A DNA stretch of 64,000 bases. It comes from Acutalibacteraceae bacterium. GTDB taxonomy: Bacteria > Bacillota > Clostridia > Oscillospirales > Acutalibacteraceae. The stretch spans positions 19,546-83,545 of the forward strand of contig JAZRRG010000042.1 of the NCBI GenBank assembly GCA_045650565.1, in the 5' to 3' direction. The first letter of the stretch is position 1. Each line of letters begins with the position of its first letter. A model generated the notes under the pieces. That model was given only the letters and a program-made list of their open reading frames with translations, made no database searches and was not told where the DNA came from. Of this stretch, positions 53,983-63,418 are shown piece by piece. Made by a program: the position numbers and the translations under genes.

Positions 53983-55056
53983 TTATTCAAGTATCCAAAC
54001 CTCAATATTTCTTCTACCGAATTTTTTGCATTCTGCCTCGGTGTTAAAGAAAAGGTCAAAATTTGTGGGGCGGGTGCTTACAAATCCGCCTGTATCAGCC
54101 GCAACAGCATATCCGTAGATGTAGCTGCCGTCAGACGACTTAATGTAGAATTTAGTGCCGTAAGCATAAAGATTTGTGTTAATAGCAACGTGGCCGGGCT
54201 TTAAATACACACCCGATGCCGAGTGCCAACGGTTAGACTCGGTATAAGCCGTTGCCTGAACCGTAATTTTTTTAACATAATTTACGGGATTTCCGTTCTT
54301 GTCAAGCTCAATAGGACTTGCGGGTTTTAATTCAGAAATGGTGTTAACCTTTGAAGAATTTGTAACAGCCGCTGCTTTTGTTCCTACCGTGACAATCTCT
54401 TGAACGGCGGGTTGAACAACATTTACGGTTACAATCTCAGTGTTGGCTACAACGCCATTAACAAGCTTCGTGACCTTGGTAACCTCTTTTTTGCCGTCTA
54501 CACCCTTGGTGGTTACCTTCGTTGTAGATAACTTGTGCGAATAAACAGTTTTAGAGGTGTAGGGAATCGTTTCGGAAACAACCTCTGTTACGTAATTTAT
54601 ATCGGTTATGTCAATATAGGTTGTATCATTTAATACAGTATCAAGCGAGAGACTAACTACATCATGCTCATCAAGCTTAATACCTGCAAGGGAAATGGCA
54701 TCTTCAACCGTCTCGCCCGGACAAACATCAACATAGTGTGTGGTATCACCAACCGTTACATAGGAAGGGAAGGTGTATGCAACCGAAATGTCGATATTTT
54801 TGCCTTCTTTATTAAAATTGGTTATCTTAAAATTTTGAGAATCGAGCTTTGCTATTTTTAAAACATCAGCCGCTTCGGTTTTAAAGGTGAAAAAGCTTTG
54901 CGTGGAGTTACCGTCGGTAACGGTAACGGTATTTAGTGTAAAAATGAGAAAAAGTATAACCGCAAGCAAGGCGACAAACAGATAGCCGATGCCGAATGCT
55001 CTTGAAACATCTCCCTGAGAATAGTTCTCACGGGAACGCTTAATCTTTTCTATCAT
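53983..55056 (-). CDS. YabE-like cell-wall protein (TM anchor, DUF348 repeats, G5 domain, C-terminal 3D/RlpA-like domain)
   Basis: N-terminal TM helix; repeated V.V..DG...... segments; G5-like KVTTKGVDGKKEVTKVTKLVNG; C-terminal ATAYT....SASG..L.PGHVA.....YGTKFYI...DGSY.YGYAVAADTGG. Confidence 0.8.
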   Translation of the reverse strand: MIEKIKRSRENYSQGDVSRAFGIGYLFVALLAVILFLIFTLNTVTVTDGNSTQSFFTFKTEAADVLKIAKLDSQNFKITNFNKEGKNIDISVAYTFPSYVTVGDTTHYVDVCPGETVEDAISLAGIKLDEHDVVSLSLDTVLNDTTYIDITDINYVTEVVSETIPYTSKTVYSHKLSTTKVTTKGVDGKKEVTKVTKLVNGVVANTEIVTVNVVQPAVQEIVTVGTKAAAVTNSSKVNTISELKPASPIELDKNGNPVNYVKKITVQATAYTESNRWHSASGVYLKPGHVAINTNLYAYGTKFYIKSSDGSYIYGYAVAADTGGFVSTRPTNFDLFFNTEAECKKFGRRNIEVWILE

Positions 55057-55111
55057 CTAATTACTCCTTTTCGATGTTGCCGATAAATCGGTCATTTTTG
55101 AGGACCTTAGC

Positions 55112-55140
55112 ATTATATATGGTAATTCACTAAATGTCAA
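55112..55140 (-). promoter_or_regulatory. Consensus SigA promoter for the yabE-like gene
   Basis: On the minus strand: TTGACA (55140-55135), 17-nt spacer, TATAAT (55117-55112). Confidence 0.7.
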
Positions 55141-55435
55141 ACAAAACAAAAACAGTGATTTTGTGCAAAACGCACAAAAAATTACGGAATTACGAAATAA
55201 TTACAGGTTTGTAACCATTTGTTTTCGGGAAATATGGTAAAAAATGGTTTTTTGTTTGTAGAAAAAGCCGAAAGTAAAGGTCACAGCCCGTCGCAAAGGG
55301 GTGAAAAAGGGCGTAAAAGCGGCAAAAAACACTATATTTTCTAAAATCCGTGTTTACATATATCATATTTTGTGGTACTATTATTTTAAAATATCAGCAA
55401 TCAATAGGTTGTACATTTATATAATATGCCGCTAA

Positions 55436-56014
<579 letters not shown>

Positions 56015-56032
56015 TAAAAAGGAGGGTGCTCG

Positions 56033-57079
56033 ATGCCAAAGGTTATGGTAGCTATGAGTGGCGGAGTGGACAGCTGTGTTGCAGCGGCTTTGCTTTTAGA
56101 GCAGGGCTTTGAGGTCATCGGCGCCACCTTACGCCTATACGAAAAAAACGGTGACTCCACCCAAACGCAAAGGGCAAAAAGTGTTTGCGATAAGCTCGGT
56201 ATACCTCACGTCGTTTTTGATATGAGAGAGCTTTTTTTAGAAAAGGTAATAAAGAAGTTTGCCAATGAGTATGATTTAGGTCTCACCCCAAATCCTTGTG
56301 TTGAGTGTAATATACATTTAAAATTCGGCGCACTGCTTGATAAGGCAATCGAGCTTGGCTGTGATTATCTTGCAACGGGTCACTATTGCAAAATAGAAAA
56401 CATTGATGGTGCAGCGGTGCTTTACCGACCCGCCGACCGCAAGAAAGACCAAACCTATATGCTATGGCATTTAAGCCCTACTCAACTGTCGCATATACTA
56501 ATGCCCTTGGGGGCGCTTACCAAAGAACAGGTTAGAAAAATAGCCGAGGAATATGGCTTTGAGTCGGCAACCGCCAAAGACAGTCAAGACATTTGCTTTG
56601 TGCCCGATGGTGATTACGTTGCCTTTTTAGAGGAATTTTACGGAAATAAATTTGCAAGAGGTAAATATTTAGATACTTGCGGTAATGTTTTAGGTGAACA
56701 CTTAGGTCATCAGTGCTACACAGTAGGGCAAAGAAAAGGGCTTGGAATTGCTTTGGGATGTCCGCAATTTGTTATAAGTAAAAATGCGTCGGATAATACA
56801 GTGGTGTTATCATCAGATGAAAAAATGCTTTTTAAAACCAAGGTTTTGGTGCGAGATGTTTCTCTAATGTCGGGGGAGATACCCGATAAGCCCTTTGTAT
56901 GTACTGCAAAGCTTAGATACAGTGCACAGGACACAGAAGGTACTGTTTATCCACAGGGGGATAAAAGGGCAGTAATTGAATTTGTGAGTCCTGTGAGGGC
57001 TCCGTCGCCCGGTCAGTCGGCAGTTTTTTATAAGGATGACAAGGTGCTCGGCGGTGGAATTATTGAAGGAGGCGAGTAG
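56033..57079 (+). CDS. mnmA: tRNA-specific 2-thiouridylase
   Basis: PP-loop VAMSGGVDS, NPCVECN, ATGHY, KDQTYML. Confidence 0.95.
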   Translation: MPKVMVAMSGGVDSCVAAALLLEQGFEVIGATLRLYEKNGDSTQTQRAKSVCDKLGIPHVVFDMRELFLEKVIKKFANEYDLGLTPNPCVECNIHLKFGALLDKAIELGCDYLATGHYCKIENIDGAAVLYRPADRKKDQTYMLWHLSPTQLSHILMPLGALTKEQVRKIAEEYGFESATAKDSQDICFVPDGDYVAFLEEFYGNKFARGKYLDTCGNVLGEHLGHQCYTVGQRKGLGIALGCPQFVISKNASDNTVVLSSDEKMLFKTKVLVRDVSLMSGEIPDKPFVCTAKLRYSAQDTEGTVYPQGDKRAVIEFVSPVRAPSPGQSAVFYKDDKVLGGGIIEGGE

Positions 57080-57080
57080 T

Positions 57081-57722
57081 ATGACCGATGAGATAAAAAG
57101 GGTTAAAGAGGCGCTCGAAAACAATAATATTAGGGTTTACTATGCCGAAAGTAAGGATGAAATAGTAGATATCGTAAAACAAATAGTACCAAAGGGTGCT
57201 ACGGTTTCCTGTGGCGGTTCGGTAACGCTTGCCGACTGCAACGTGACCAATTTGTTAAAAAGCGGCTATTATAATTTTCTCGATAGGTCTGCGTCTGATA
57301 TTACCTCAGAGCAGATAGAGGAGATTTATAGAAAAACCTTCTCCTGTGATACGTTTTTCACCTCTGCAAACGCCGTAACGCTTGATGGCGTATTGTATAA
57401 TGTTGATGGCAGGTCAAATCGAGTTGCCGCTACCTGCTACGGACCAAAAGAAATTTTGTTTATAATAGGTGCCAATAAAATAGTTAAAGATTTTCCCGAA
57501 GCGGTAAAGAGGGTAAAGACGGTAGCGGCGCCGCTTAACGCTCGGCGTTTAGGACTTGATACGCCCTGTGCAAAGAATGGTAAATGCTGTGACACAAACG
57601 GAAATGTCGGCAGCGGCTGCAAGAGTAAAAATCGTATATGCATAAATTTTGTTGCAACGGCTTTTCAGCGTGAAAGAGATAAAGTAAAGGTGCTTCTTTG
57701 CGAAGATAATATGGGTTATTAA
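57081..57722 (+). CDS. LUD-domain (LutC/YkgG-like) protein
   Basis: ATG 57081 follows GAAGGAGG. GGSVTL..., TSANAVTLDGVLYNVDG.SNRVAA and a C-terminal Cys-rich segment. Confidence 0.65.
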   Translation: MTDEIKRVKEALENNNIRVYYAESKDEIVDIVKQIVPKGATVSCGGSVTLADCNVTNLLKSGYYNFLDRSASDITSEQIEEIYRKTFSCDTFFTSANAVTLDGVLYNVDGRSNRVAATCYGPKEILFIIGANKIVKDFPEAVKRVKTVAAPLNARRLGLDTPCAKNGKCCDTNGNVGSGCKSKNRICINFVATAFQRERDKVKVLLCEDNMGY

Positions 57723-57730
57723 ATGCTTTT

Positions 57731-57766
57731 ACCTCACATACTAATTTAGTATGTGAGGTGTTTTTT
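57731..57766 (+). terminator. Strong hairpin terminator that contains the RBS of the next gene
   Basis: acctcacatact-aattt-agtatgtgaggt (12 bp) followed by gtttttt. ATG 57767 follows immediately. Confidence 0.75.
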
Positions 57767-58969
57767 ATGAAAAGGATAATTGCATATATTTTATGTATAT
57801 GTATGGTGTCGGTGCATACTGCGGCGGCAACGGTTAGTATGGAATGGGAGGCGGATGATATTGATGTGCCGCTTGAGGCGGTAACTGCCGAATCGAACTC
57901 GGTAACGCAGCTTGAAATCAAGGCAAAATCGGTAATTCTTATGGAGCCAATGACCGGCACTGTGCTGTATGAATCGAATGCGGATGAAAAAACTGCACCC
58001 GCATCCATTACAAAAATAATGTCGCTTTTACTTGTTATGGAAGCCATAAAGCAGGGTGCAATAAAGCTTGATACGGTGATTACCGCCACCGAACACGCAT
58101 GTAGTATGGGCGGCTCACAAATTTGGTTAGAGCCGGGTGAGCAAATGACGGTGCACGAATTACTTAAAGCCGCAGTTATAGCATCAGCCAATGATGCCAT
58201 GGTAGCGCTCGGAGAGGCGGTGGCAGGTAGTGAGGAGGGCTTTGTCGCCCTTATGAACCAAAGGGCAAAGGAGCTTGGGATGAACAATACCCATTTTGTT
58301 AACTGCACAGGTCTTGATGCCGAGGGGCATCTTACCAGTGCGCACGACGTGGCGGTTGTATCGAGTGAGCTTATAAAGTATGACTTAATTAAGGAATACT
58401 CTACCGTTTGGATGGACTCCTTGCGTGGCGGCGAGAGTGAGCTTGTTAATACAAACAAGCTTGTAAGATTTTATGAGGGCTGTACGGGGCTTAAGACAGG
58501 CACCACCTCACAAGCGGGGTATTGCCTGAGCGCTACCGCCGAAAAAAACGGTATGCAATTGGTGGCGGTAGTTATGGATGCCGATAGCTCTACCGACCGT
58601 TTTGAAGGGGCAAAAAAACTGCTTAATTACGGCTACGCCAACTATAATTTCACCGAAATTTCAGCCGAAATAGATGAAAACACGCAAATTCCCGTAAAAA
58701 AAGGTGTGCAAAAAAACGCAAGGGTTGTGGCAAATAAGAGTTTGAGTGTGCTGCTGCCCAAGCGCACGGTTGGGGACATAACACAAACCGTAGAGCTTAA
58801 TGAAAGTGTTTTGGCACCCGCAGCGGCAGGCACCGTGGTGGGCAGTGTAACGGTTATGTCGGGAGATAGCGAAATAGGGGTTATAGAGCTTACTTTAGCC
58901 GAGGATATCGAGAGGATAAATGTGACCCATACGTTTGTATGGCTTTTACGGGCACTTTTTTGTCTATAA
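57767..58969 (+). CDS. D-alanyl-D-alanine carboxypeptidase (S11, PBP5-type)
   Basis: SxxK motif PASITKIM, SxN motif SANDA, KTG motif LKTGTT, and the C-terminal PBP5_C-like domain. Confidence 0.9.
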   Translation: MKRIIAYILCICMVSVHTAAATVSMEWEADDIDVPLEAVTAESNSVTQLEIKAKSVILMEPMTGTVLYESNADEKTAPASITKIMSLLLVMEAIKQGAIKLDTVITATEHACSMGGSQIWLEPGEQMTVHELLKAAVIASANDAMVALGEAVAGSEEGFVALMNQRAKELGMNNTHFVNCTGLDAEGHLTSAHDVAVVSSELIKYDLIKEYSTVWMDSLRGGESELVNTNKLVRFYEGCTGLKTGTTSQAGYCLSATAEKNGMQLVAVVMDADSSTDRFEGAKKLLNYGYANYNFTEISAEIDENTQIPVKKGVQKNARVVANKSLSVLLPKRTVGDITQTVELNESVLAPAAAGTVVGSVTVMSGDSEIGVIELTLAEDIERINVTHTFVWLLRALFCL

Positions 58970-59060
58970 TGTTAATAATCAGTAAAAAATAACAGTTTTG
59001 TATTGAAAAAATAATAAAATTATAGTACAATAAGAATAGCAATAAAACGGAGGCAAAAAC

Positions 59061-60401
59061 ATGGCGGTAAGATTTAACAGTAATTATGCAAAAGACTTTT
59101 TGCGTGATAACGATATTATAGGTATGACTCCGCAAATCGAGGCGGCACACAATATGGTTGAGGCCAAAAGCGGTCTTGGAAATGACTTTTTGGGATGGGT
59201 TGATTTACCCGTTAATTACGACAAAGAGGAATTTGCAAGAATAAAAAAAGCAGCCGAAAAGATTAAGAGCGATACCGATATTTTAATTGTAATCGGCATT
59301 GGCGGTTCATACTTGGGTGCTCGTGCGGCAATAGAGTTTTTGAAAGGTCCTTATTATAACAACTTTAAAAAGGATACACCCGATATATACTTTGCGGGTA
59401 ACAGCATAAGCGGTTCGGCTTTAGCTGATTTATTAGAGCTGTGCGAAAACAAGCGTGTTTCGGTTAATATCATTTCAAAATCGGGTACAACCACCGAACC
59501 CGCCGTGGCTTTCAGAGTTTTCAGAAAGCTATTGGAGGAGCGATATGGTGAGACCGAAGCGGCAAAGCGTATCTATTGCACAACCGATAAGGCAAGGGGA
59601 ACGCTTAAGGCATTGGCAGATGAAAAGGGCTATGAGTGCTTTGTAGTACCGGATGATGTAGGCGGTCGCTTCTCGGTTCTTACAGCGGTAGGTCTTTTGC
59701 CCATAGCGTGTTCGGGTGCTGATATTGATGCGCTAATGGCAGGCGCTGCAGCGGCAAGGCAGGAATATTCCAATCCTGATATAGATAAGAACGATTGCTA
59801 TAAATATGCAGCATACAGAAATGCGATGTATAGAAAAGGCAAGGAAATAGAATTGCTCGTAAGCTATGAGCCACGCTTTACTATGATGGCAGAGTGGTTT
59901 AAACAGCTCTTTGGAGAGAGCGAGGGCAAGGATAATAAAGGTCTTTTCCCCGCATCTGTTGTTTTCTCAACCGACCTGCACTCTATGGGACAGTATATAC
60001 AGGATGGTAGGCGCATCCTTTTTGAAACGGTTGTCACCATTGATGATTGCGGCAAGGATGTAACCATAGAAAAAGAGGAGTCGGATGGGGATGGACTTAA
60101 CTTTTTAGCGGGTAAGCAGATGTCGTTTGTAAACCAAAAGGCATTTGAGGGTACAGTTTTAGCCCATACCGATGGCGGTGTGCCGAATTTTGTAATAAAA
60201 CTTGATAAAGCGGATGAAGAAAACCTTGGTCGCTTGATATTCTTCTTTGAGAAGGCGTGTGCAATATCGGGATATATGTTGGGTGTTAATCCGTTCGACC
60301 AACCGGGAGTTGAAAGCTACAAGAAAAATATGTTTGCTCTTCTGGGTAAACCCGGTTACGAAGCACAAAAGGCAGAGCTTGAGGCAAGACTCAGCAAATA
60401 A
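59061..60401 (+). CDS. pgi: Glucose-6-phosphate isomerase
   Basis: [48 protein letters not shown]. Confidence 0.95.
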   Translation: MAVRFNSNYAKDFLRDNDIIGMTPQIEAAHNMVEAKSGLGNDFLGWVDLPVNYDKEEFARIKKAAEKIKSDTDILIVIGIGGSYLGARAAIEFLKGPYYNNFKKDTPDIYFAGNSISGSALADLLELCENKRVSVNIISKSGTTTEPAVAFRVFRKLLEERYGETEAAKRIYCTTDKARGTLKALADEKGYECFVVPDDVGGRFSVLTAVGLLPIACSGADIDALMAGAAAARQEYSNPDIDKNDCYKYAAYRNAMYRKGKEIELLVSYEPRFTMMAEWFKQLFGESEGKDNKGLFPASVVFSTDLHSMGQYIQDGRRILFETVVTIDDCGKDVTIEKEESDGDGLNFLAGKQMSFVNQKAFEGTVLAHTDGGVPNFVIKLDKADEENLGRLIFFFEKACAISGYMLGVNPFDQPGVESYKKNMFALLGKPGYEAQKAELEARLSK

Positions 60402-60453
60402 AATCAGTAAAATAATCGCGAAGGCGATTTAAAATATAAAGGAGTTGGCAGAT

Positions 60454-60870
60454 ATGATTAAACTTATTATCGGTAAAAAAGGTTCGGGTAAAACCAAAAA
60501 GCTTATTGAGTTGGTTAACTCTACCGCAGCAACAAGTAAAGGTAATGTTGTATGTATAGAGAAAGGCGATACCCTAACTTTTAGTATCAGCCATAAAGCA
60601 AGACTTGTTGATATTGAGAGCTATGGCGCTAAGGGCTATGGAGAATATTATGGTGTGCTTTGCGGCATTTGCGCCGGAAACCACGATGTTACAGATATTT
60701 TCGGAGATGCAACACTCAGAATCGGCACTCGTGATTATGAGGAGTTAGCAGACTTTCTTGATAGAGTATCAGCACTCGCTGAGGATACACACGTAAACTT
60801 CTGCTTCACAGTTTCTTGCGATAAACAAGACCTCCCTGAAAAGATTTTCGAGGTTGCAGAAGAAATCTAA
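60454..60870 (+). CDS. Small stand-alone P-loop protein of unknown function
   Basis: ATG 60454 follows AAAGGAG. Walker A GKKGSGKT at residues 8-15. I saw no convincing Walker B beyond VVCIEKGD. Confidence 0.5.
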   Translation: MIKLIIGKKGSGKTKKLIELVNSTAATSKGNVVCIEKGDTLTFSISHKARLVDIESYGAKGYGEYYGVLCGICAGNHDVTDIFGDATLRIGTRDYEELADFLDRVSALAEDTHVNFCFTVSCDKQDLPEKIFEVAEEI

Positions 60871-60874
60871 TGCT

Positions 60875-60909
60875 AAAAAGGAACCACCCGAGAGGGTGGT
60901 TCCTTTTTA
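60875..60909 (+). terminator. Rho-independent terminator
   Basis: aaaaaggaaccaccc-gaga-gggtggttccttttt. Confidence 0.9.
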
Positions 60910-60955
60910 GGTTATAATATCTAGGGGGAGGCGTTGCGCCTCCTGTCTATTTTAT

Positions 60956-61339
60956 TCTCTTATTTAAGATATTTGCCAAAGGCAAAAATAAAAGAGATAA
61001 AAAGCCCCAAAGCACAGTATAAAGCGGACAAATTTGTCCCCAAAGGTTAAGTGGCTGTTTACTGTAATCTCATATTTTCATATTTAGAAAAATATTAAAA
61101 ATAACACCGAAAACAAGTTCTACAATAGTTATTGCCGCCGCACAAAATGAACACCTAAAAAATGTTGTGCGGTTTTTAAATTTTTCCGCCGCAAAGGAAA
61201 AAAGAGAAAAGCAAATACCACCCGCAACAATCATTGTCCAGTGGGTGCGGCGCCGCCATAATAGTTCGATTATACCGTAACCTATACCTCCGACAGTAAA
61301 AAATATAATATTTTTCTTTAGCTTCCGCACACTTTTCAC
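60956..61339 (-). pseudogene. Small multi-TM membrane protein gene interrupted by an in-frame TGA (probably the family annotated as putative ABC-transporter type IV, PF06541; recalled from memory)
   Basis: The ORF 61339-61070 ends ...FLNMKI-TGA. The same frame continues DYSKQPLNLWGQICPLYTVLWGFLSLLFLPLANILNKRIK to TAG at 60958-60956. Confidence 0.55.
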
Positions 61340-61375
61340 CTTTTTGTTAAAAAATACTTTTATATATAGTATTTA

Positions 61376-61413
61376 CAAAAAAAAGAAGCCCTTAAACCGA
61401 GGTTTAAGGGCTT
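61376..61413 (-). terminator. Terminator of the oxidoreductase gene
   Basis: On the minus strand: aagcccttaaac/gtttaagggctt stem followed by cttttttttgt. Confidence 0.8.
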
Positions 61414-61425
61414 TGAAAAAATTAT

Positions 61426-62475
61426 TTATATATGAACGGTGGTTTTGGTTTTGCTTGATTCAAATGCCGCCATCATAACCTTCATTGAGGAGCGTACCTG
61501 CTCGTGTGTAACAAAGGGTTCGGCTTTGCCGTCGAGAACATCGAGAACGTTTTCGTAAAATTCTTCCCAACGGGGCTCTTTTTCAATTTTCGGCAGCTCT
61601 AATTCCACAATCGCCTGTTTGGGACGGGGCCACATAGTAGTAGATAAGCCGTTAGGCGTGTAAACACAGCCACGCTCCATCTCCACCTCTTTGTTTGCCT
61701 TAATGATTTTACCCTCGGTTCCAAACCACTCATACATTGTGGCTGTACCGTCATCACCTGAAATGCGCCAACGGTTTTCTGGTATATAGCACCAAAAATC
61801 AAATACGATTTGCGCCTTTGCTCCGTTTTCAAAGCCAATGGTTATTCGACCGCCATCATCAACCTCGGAATACATAAGATGCTGAAGCTCGGCAAAAACA
61901 TATTTCGGCTTACTGTCAACAAGGCAAAGCACCTGGTCGATTAAGTGTATACCCCAATCGTACAAAGCGCCGCCGCCTGCCGAATAGGTACTGCGCCAAG
62001 CGGTTGAGCAGCCGTGGCTTCCTGTAAGGCGAGACTCAAGGAAGGTGAGGTTACCAATCATTTTATTTTTAATGATTTGGTCAACAATCGCATAGTCGAT
62101 ATCATAGCGCCTGTTTTGATGCACTGTGAAAAATCTATCGGTTTTTTTGGCGACTGCCAAAACCTCTTCGAGCTCCTCACAGTTTAAGCAAACCGGTTTT
62201 TCGCACACAACATCAATGCCCGATTCCATAGCGAGAATTGAATAATCCTTATGAAAATCATTGGGTGTTGCAATTACCACAAGGTCAATACCCGAAGCCA
62301 GAAGCTGCTCTGCACTATCACAGACCTTAAGACCGTTTTCTTGGGCGAGCTTACATCTTTCGGGGTCTATATCATAGACTGCGGTAGCGGTAAGGCCGTT
62401 GATTCTTGAATTAACGTTCTCTGCGTGCCAAGAGCCCATTGTACCATAACCTATAATTCCTAATTTGCGTTCCAT
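61426..62475 (-). CDS. Gfo/Idh/MocA-family NAD(P)-dependent oxidoreductase
   Basis: N-terminal Rossmann LGIIGYGTMG, VVCEKP motif, and the C-terminal alpha/beta domain. Confidence 0.85.
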   Translation of the reverse strand: MERKLGIIGYGTMGSWHAENVNSRINGLTATAVYDIDPERCKLAQENGLKVCDSAEQLLASGIDLVVIATPNDFHKDYSILAMESGIDVVCEKPVCLNCEELEEVLAVAKKTDRFFTVHQNRRYDIDYAIVDQIIKNKMIGNLTFLESRLTGSHGCSTAWRSTYSAGGGALYDWGIHLIDQVLCLVDSKPKYVFAELQHLMYSEVDDGGRITIGFENGAKAQIVFDFWCYIPENRWRISGDDGTATMYEWFGTEGKIIKANKEVEMERGCVYTPNGLSTTMWPRPKQAIVELELPKIEKEPRWEEFYENVLDVLDGKAEPFVTHEQVRSSMKVMMAAFESSKTKTTVHI

Positions 62476-62603
62476 AAAGCCACTCCTTTTTATTATTTCT
62501 ATAACTTTATTGTATTACGATTAAGAACAAGTATAAATGTTATCAAAACACCAAAAAGATATCATTTTTTAATATTTTTCTCTTTGAGGGGTTATTAAAA
62601 GGG

Positions 62604-62632
62604 TTGATTTATAAAATAATTTATCATATAAT
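62604..62632 (+). promoter_or_regulatory. SigA-type promoter ahead of the riboswitch and transporter
   Basis: TTGATT (62604-62609), 17-nt spacer, TATAAT (62627-62632). Confidence 0.55.
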
Positions 62633-62638
62633 ATATGC

Positions 62639-62678
62639 GGACAGTTCGAAACCATCCTGTCTTAAAACAAAACTATGG
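62639..62678 (+). promoter_or_regulatory. Candidate preQ1-I riboswitch aptamer
   Basis: The sequence is GGACAG-UUCGAAACCAUC-CUGUC-UUAAAACAAAACUAUGG. It has a 5-bp P1 (GACAG/CUGUC), a 12-nt loop starting UUC, and an A-rich tail containing AAAACUA. The 3' AUGG can pair with loop CCAU to form a pseudoknot. Compare B. subtilis queC AGAGGUUCUAGCUACACCCUCUAUAAAAAACUAAGG. Confidence 0.6.
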
Positions 62679-62691
62679 AAAAAGGGATAAT

Positions 62692-63387
62692 ATGAAAAAC
62701 GAAATTTTACTTATCGGCTCGGTACTGTTAATTTATTTTATGGTGCTCATTTCTTACCGTGTATTTGGCAAAAGCGGCTTGTATGCTATGACGGTAATCG
62801 CAACCATACTCGCAAACATAGAGGTGTTAATTTTAATAAACGGTTTTGGTATGGAGCAGACCCTGGGCAACGTTATGTTTGCCTCCACCTACCTTATAAC
62901 CGATATTTTAAGTGAAAACGAGGGCAAAAAACACGCCTCACGAGCTGTATGGCTCGGTGTGTTTACATCGGTTGTTATGCTTGCCTTTACGCAGTATTGG
63001 TTATTATATACACCCGCCGAATCAGATTGGGCAATGCCACATATATCGGCAATATTCTCTACCACGCCACGCCTACTTTTTGCATCCTTTTTAGGTTATA
63101 TTATTTCACAGCATTTAGATGTATGGCTATATCACAAGTGGTGGGATTTTACAAACCGTAGGTGGCATAACAAAAAGCGATTTTTATGGCTTCGAAATAA
63201 CGGCTCAACGCTTATTTCTCAAGTGATAAATACTGTAATTTTTACAACAGTTGCCTTTGCGGGTTGGTATGATACAAAAACGCTTTTTTCGGTAATGTTC
63301 TCAAGCTATATTATTTATGTGTTTACAAGTTTACTTGATACGCCCTTTGTTTATGTTGCAAGGAAAATAAAGATAAATCAAAAATAA
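62692..63387 (+). CDS. yhhQ: Queuosine-precursor transporter (YhhQ / VUT family)
   Basis: ATG 62692 follows AAGGG. A six-TM protein with FASTYLITDILSENEGKKHA and NNGSTLISQVINTVIF, both typical of the YhhQ (DUF165) family. Confidence 0.7.
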   Translation: MKNEILLIGSVLLIYFMVLISYRVFGKSGLYAMTVIATILANIEVLILINGFGMEQTLGNVMFASTYLITDILSENEGKKHASRAVWLGVFTSVVMLAFTQYWLLYTPAESDWAMPHISAIFSTTPRLLFASFLGYIISQHLDVWLYHKWWDFTNRRWHNKKRFLWLRNNGSTLISQVINTVIFTTVAFAGWYDTKTLFSVMFSSYIIYVFTSLLDTPFVYVARKIKINQK

Positions 63388-63417
63388 AAAACGGAAAGCA
63401 TCGCTTTCCGTTTTTTG
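63386..63417. terminator. Bidirectional terminator
   Basis: aaaaaacggaaagc-atc-gctttccgtttttt. Confidence 0.85.
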
Positions 63418-63418
63418 C

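Noticed and set aside
55057-55330. c-di-AMP (ydaO-type) riboswitch upstream of the yabE-like cell-wall gene
   Set aside because: On the minus strand I found none of the conserved ydaO segments (GGGGACCCA, GGGUGAAUCC or CCCGAAUCCG types). In addition, a perfect TTGACA-17-TATAAT promoter only about 55 nt from the start codon leaves no room for such an aptamer in the leader.
55234-55344. 36-codon basic ORF (MVKNGFLFVEKAESKGHSPSQRGEKGRKSGKKHYIF) in the pyrR upstream region
   Set aside because: It has only a weak GGGA RBS at poor spacing, no terminator, and no recognisable family. The region is kept only as unexplained intergenic sequence.
57535-58458. 307-aa ORF on the minus strand
   Set aside because: It lies entirely antisense to two well-supported genes: the LUD-domain protein and the S11 DD-carboxypeptidase with its SxxK/SxN/KTG motifs. 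Its translation is low-complexity (Ser/Ala/Thr/Cys-rich) and has no RBS. It is a typical shadow ORF.
61070-61072. Alternative genetic code (TGA = Trp) as an explanation for the in-frame TGA
   Set aside because: TGA clearly terminates other well-defined genes in the window, such as pgeF at 1667-1669 and the SBP-like gene at 2419-2421. The genome therefore uses the standard code 11.
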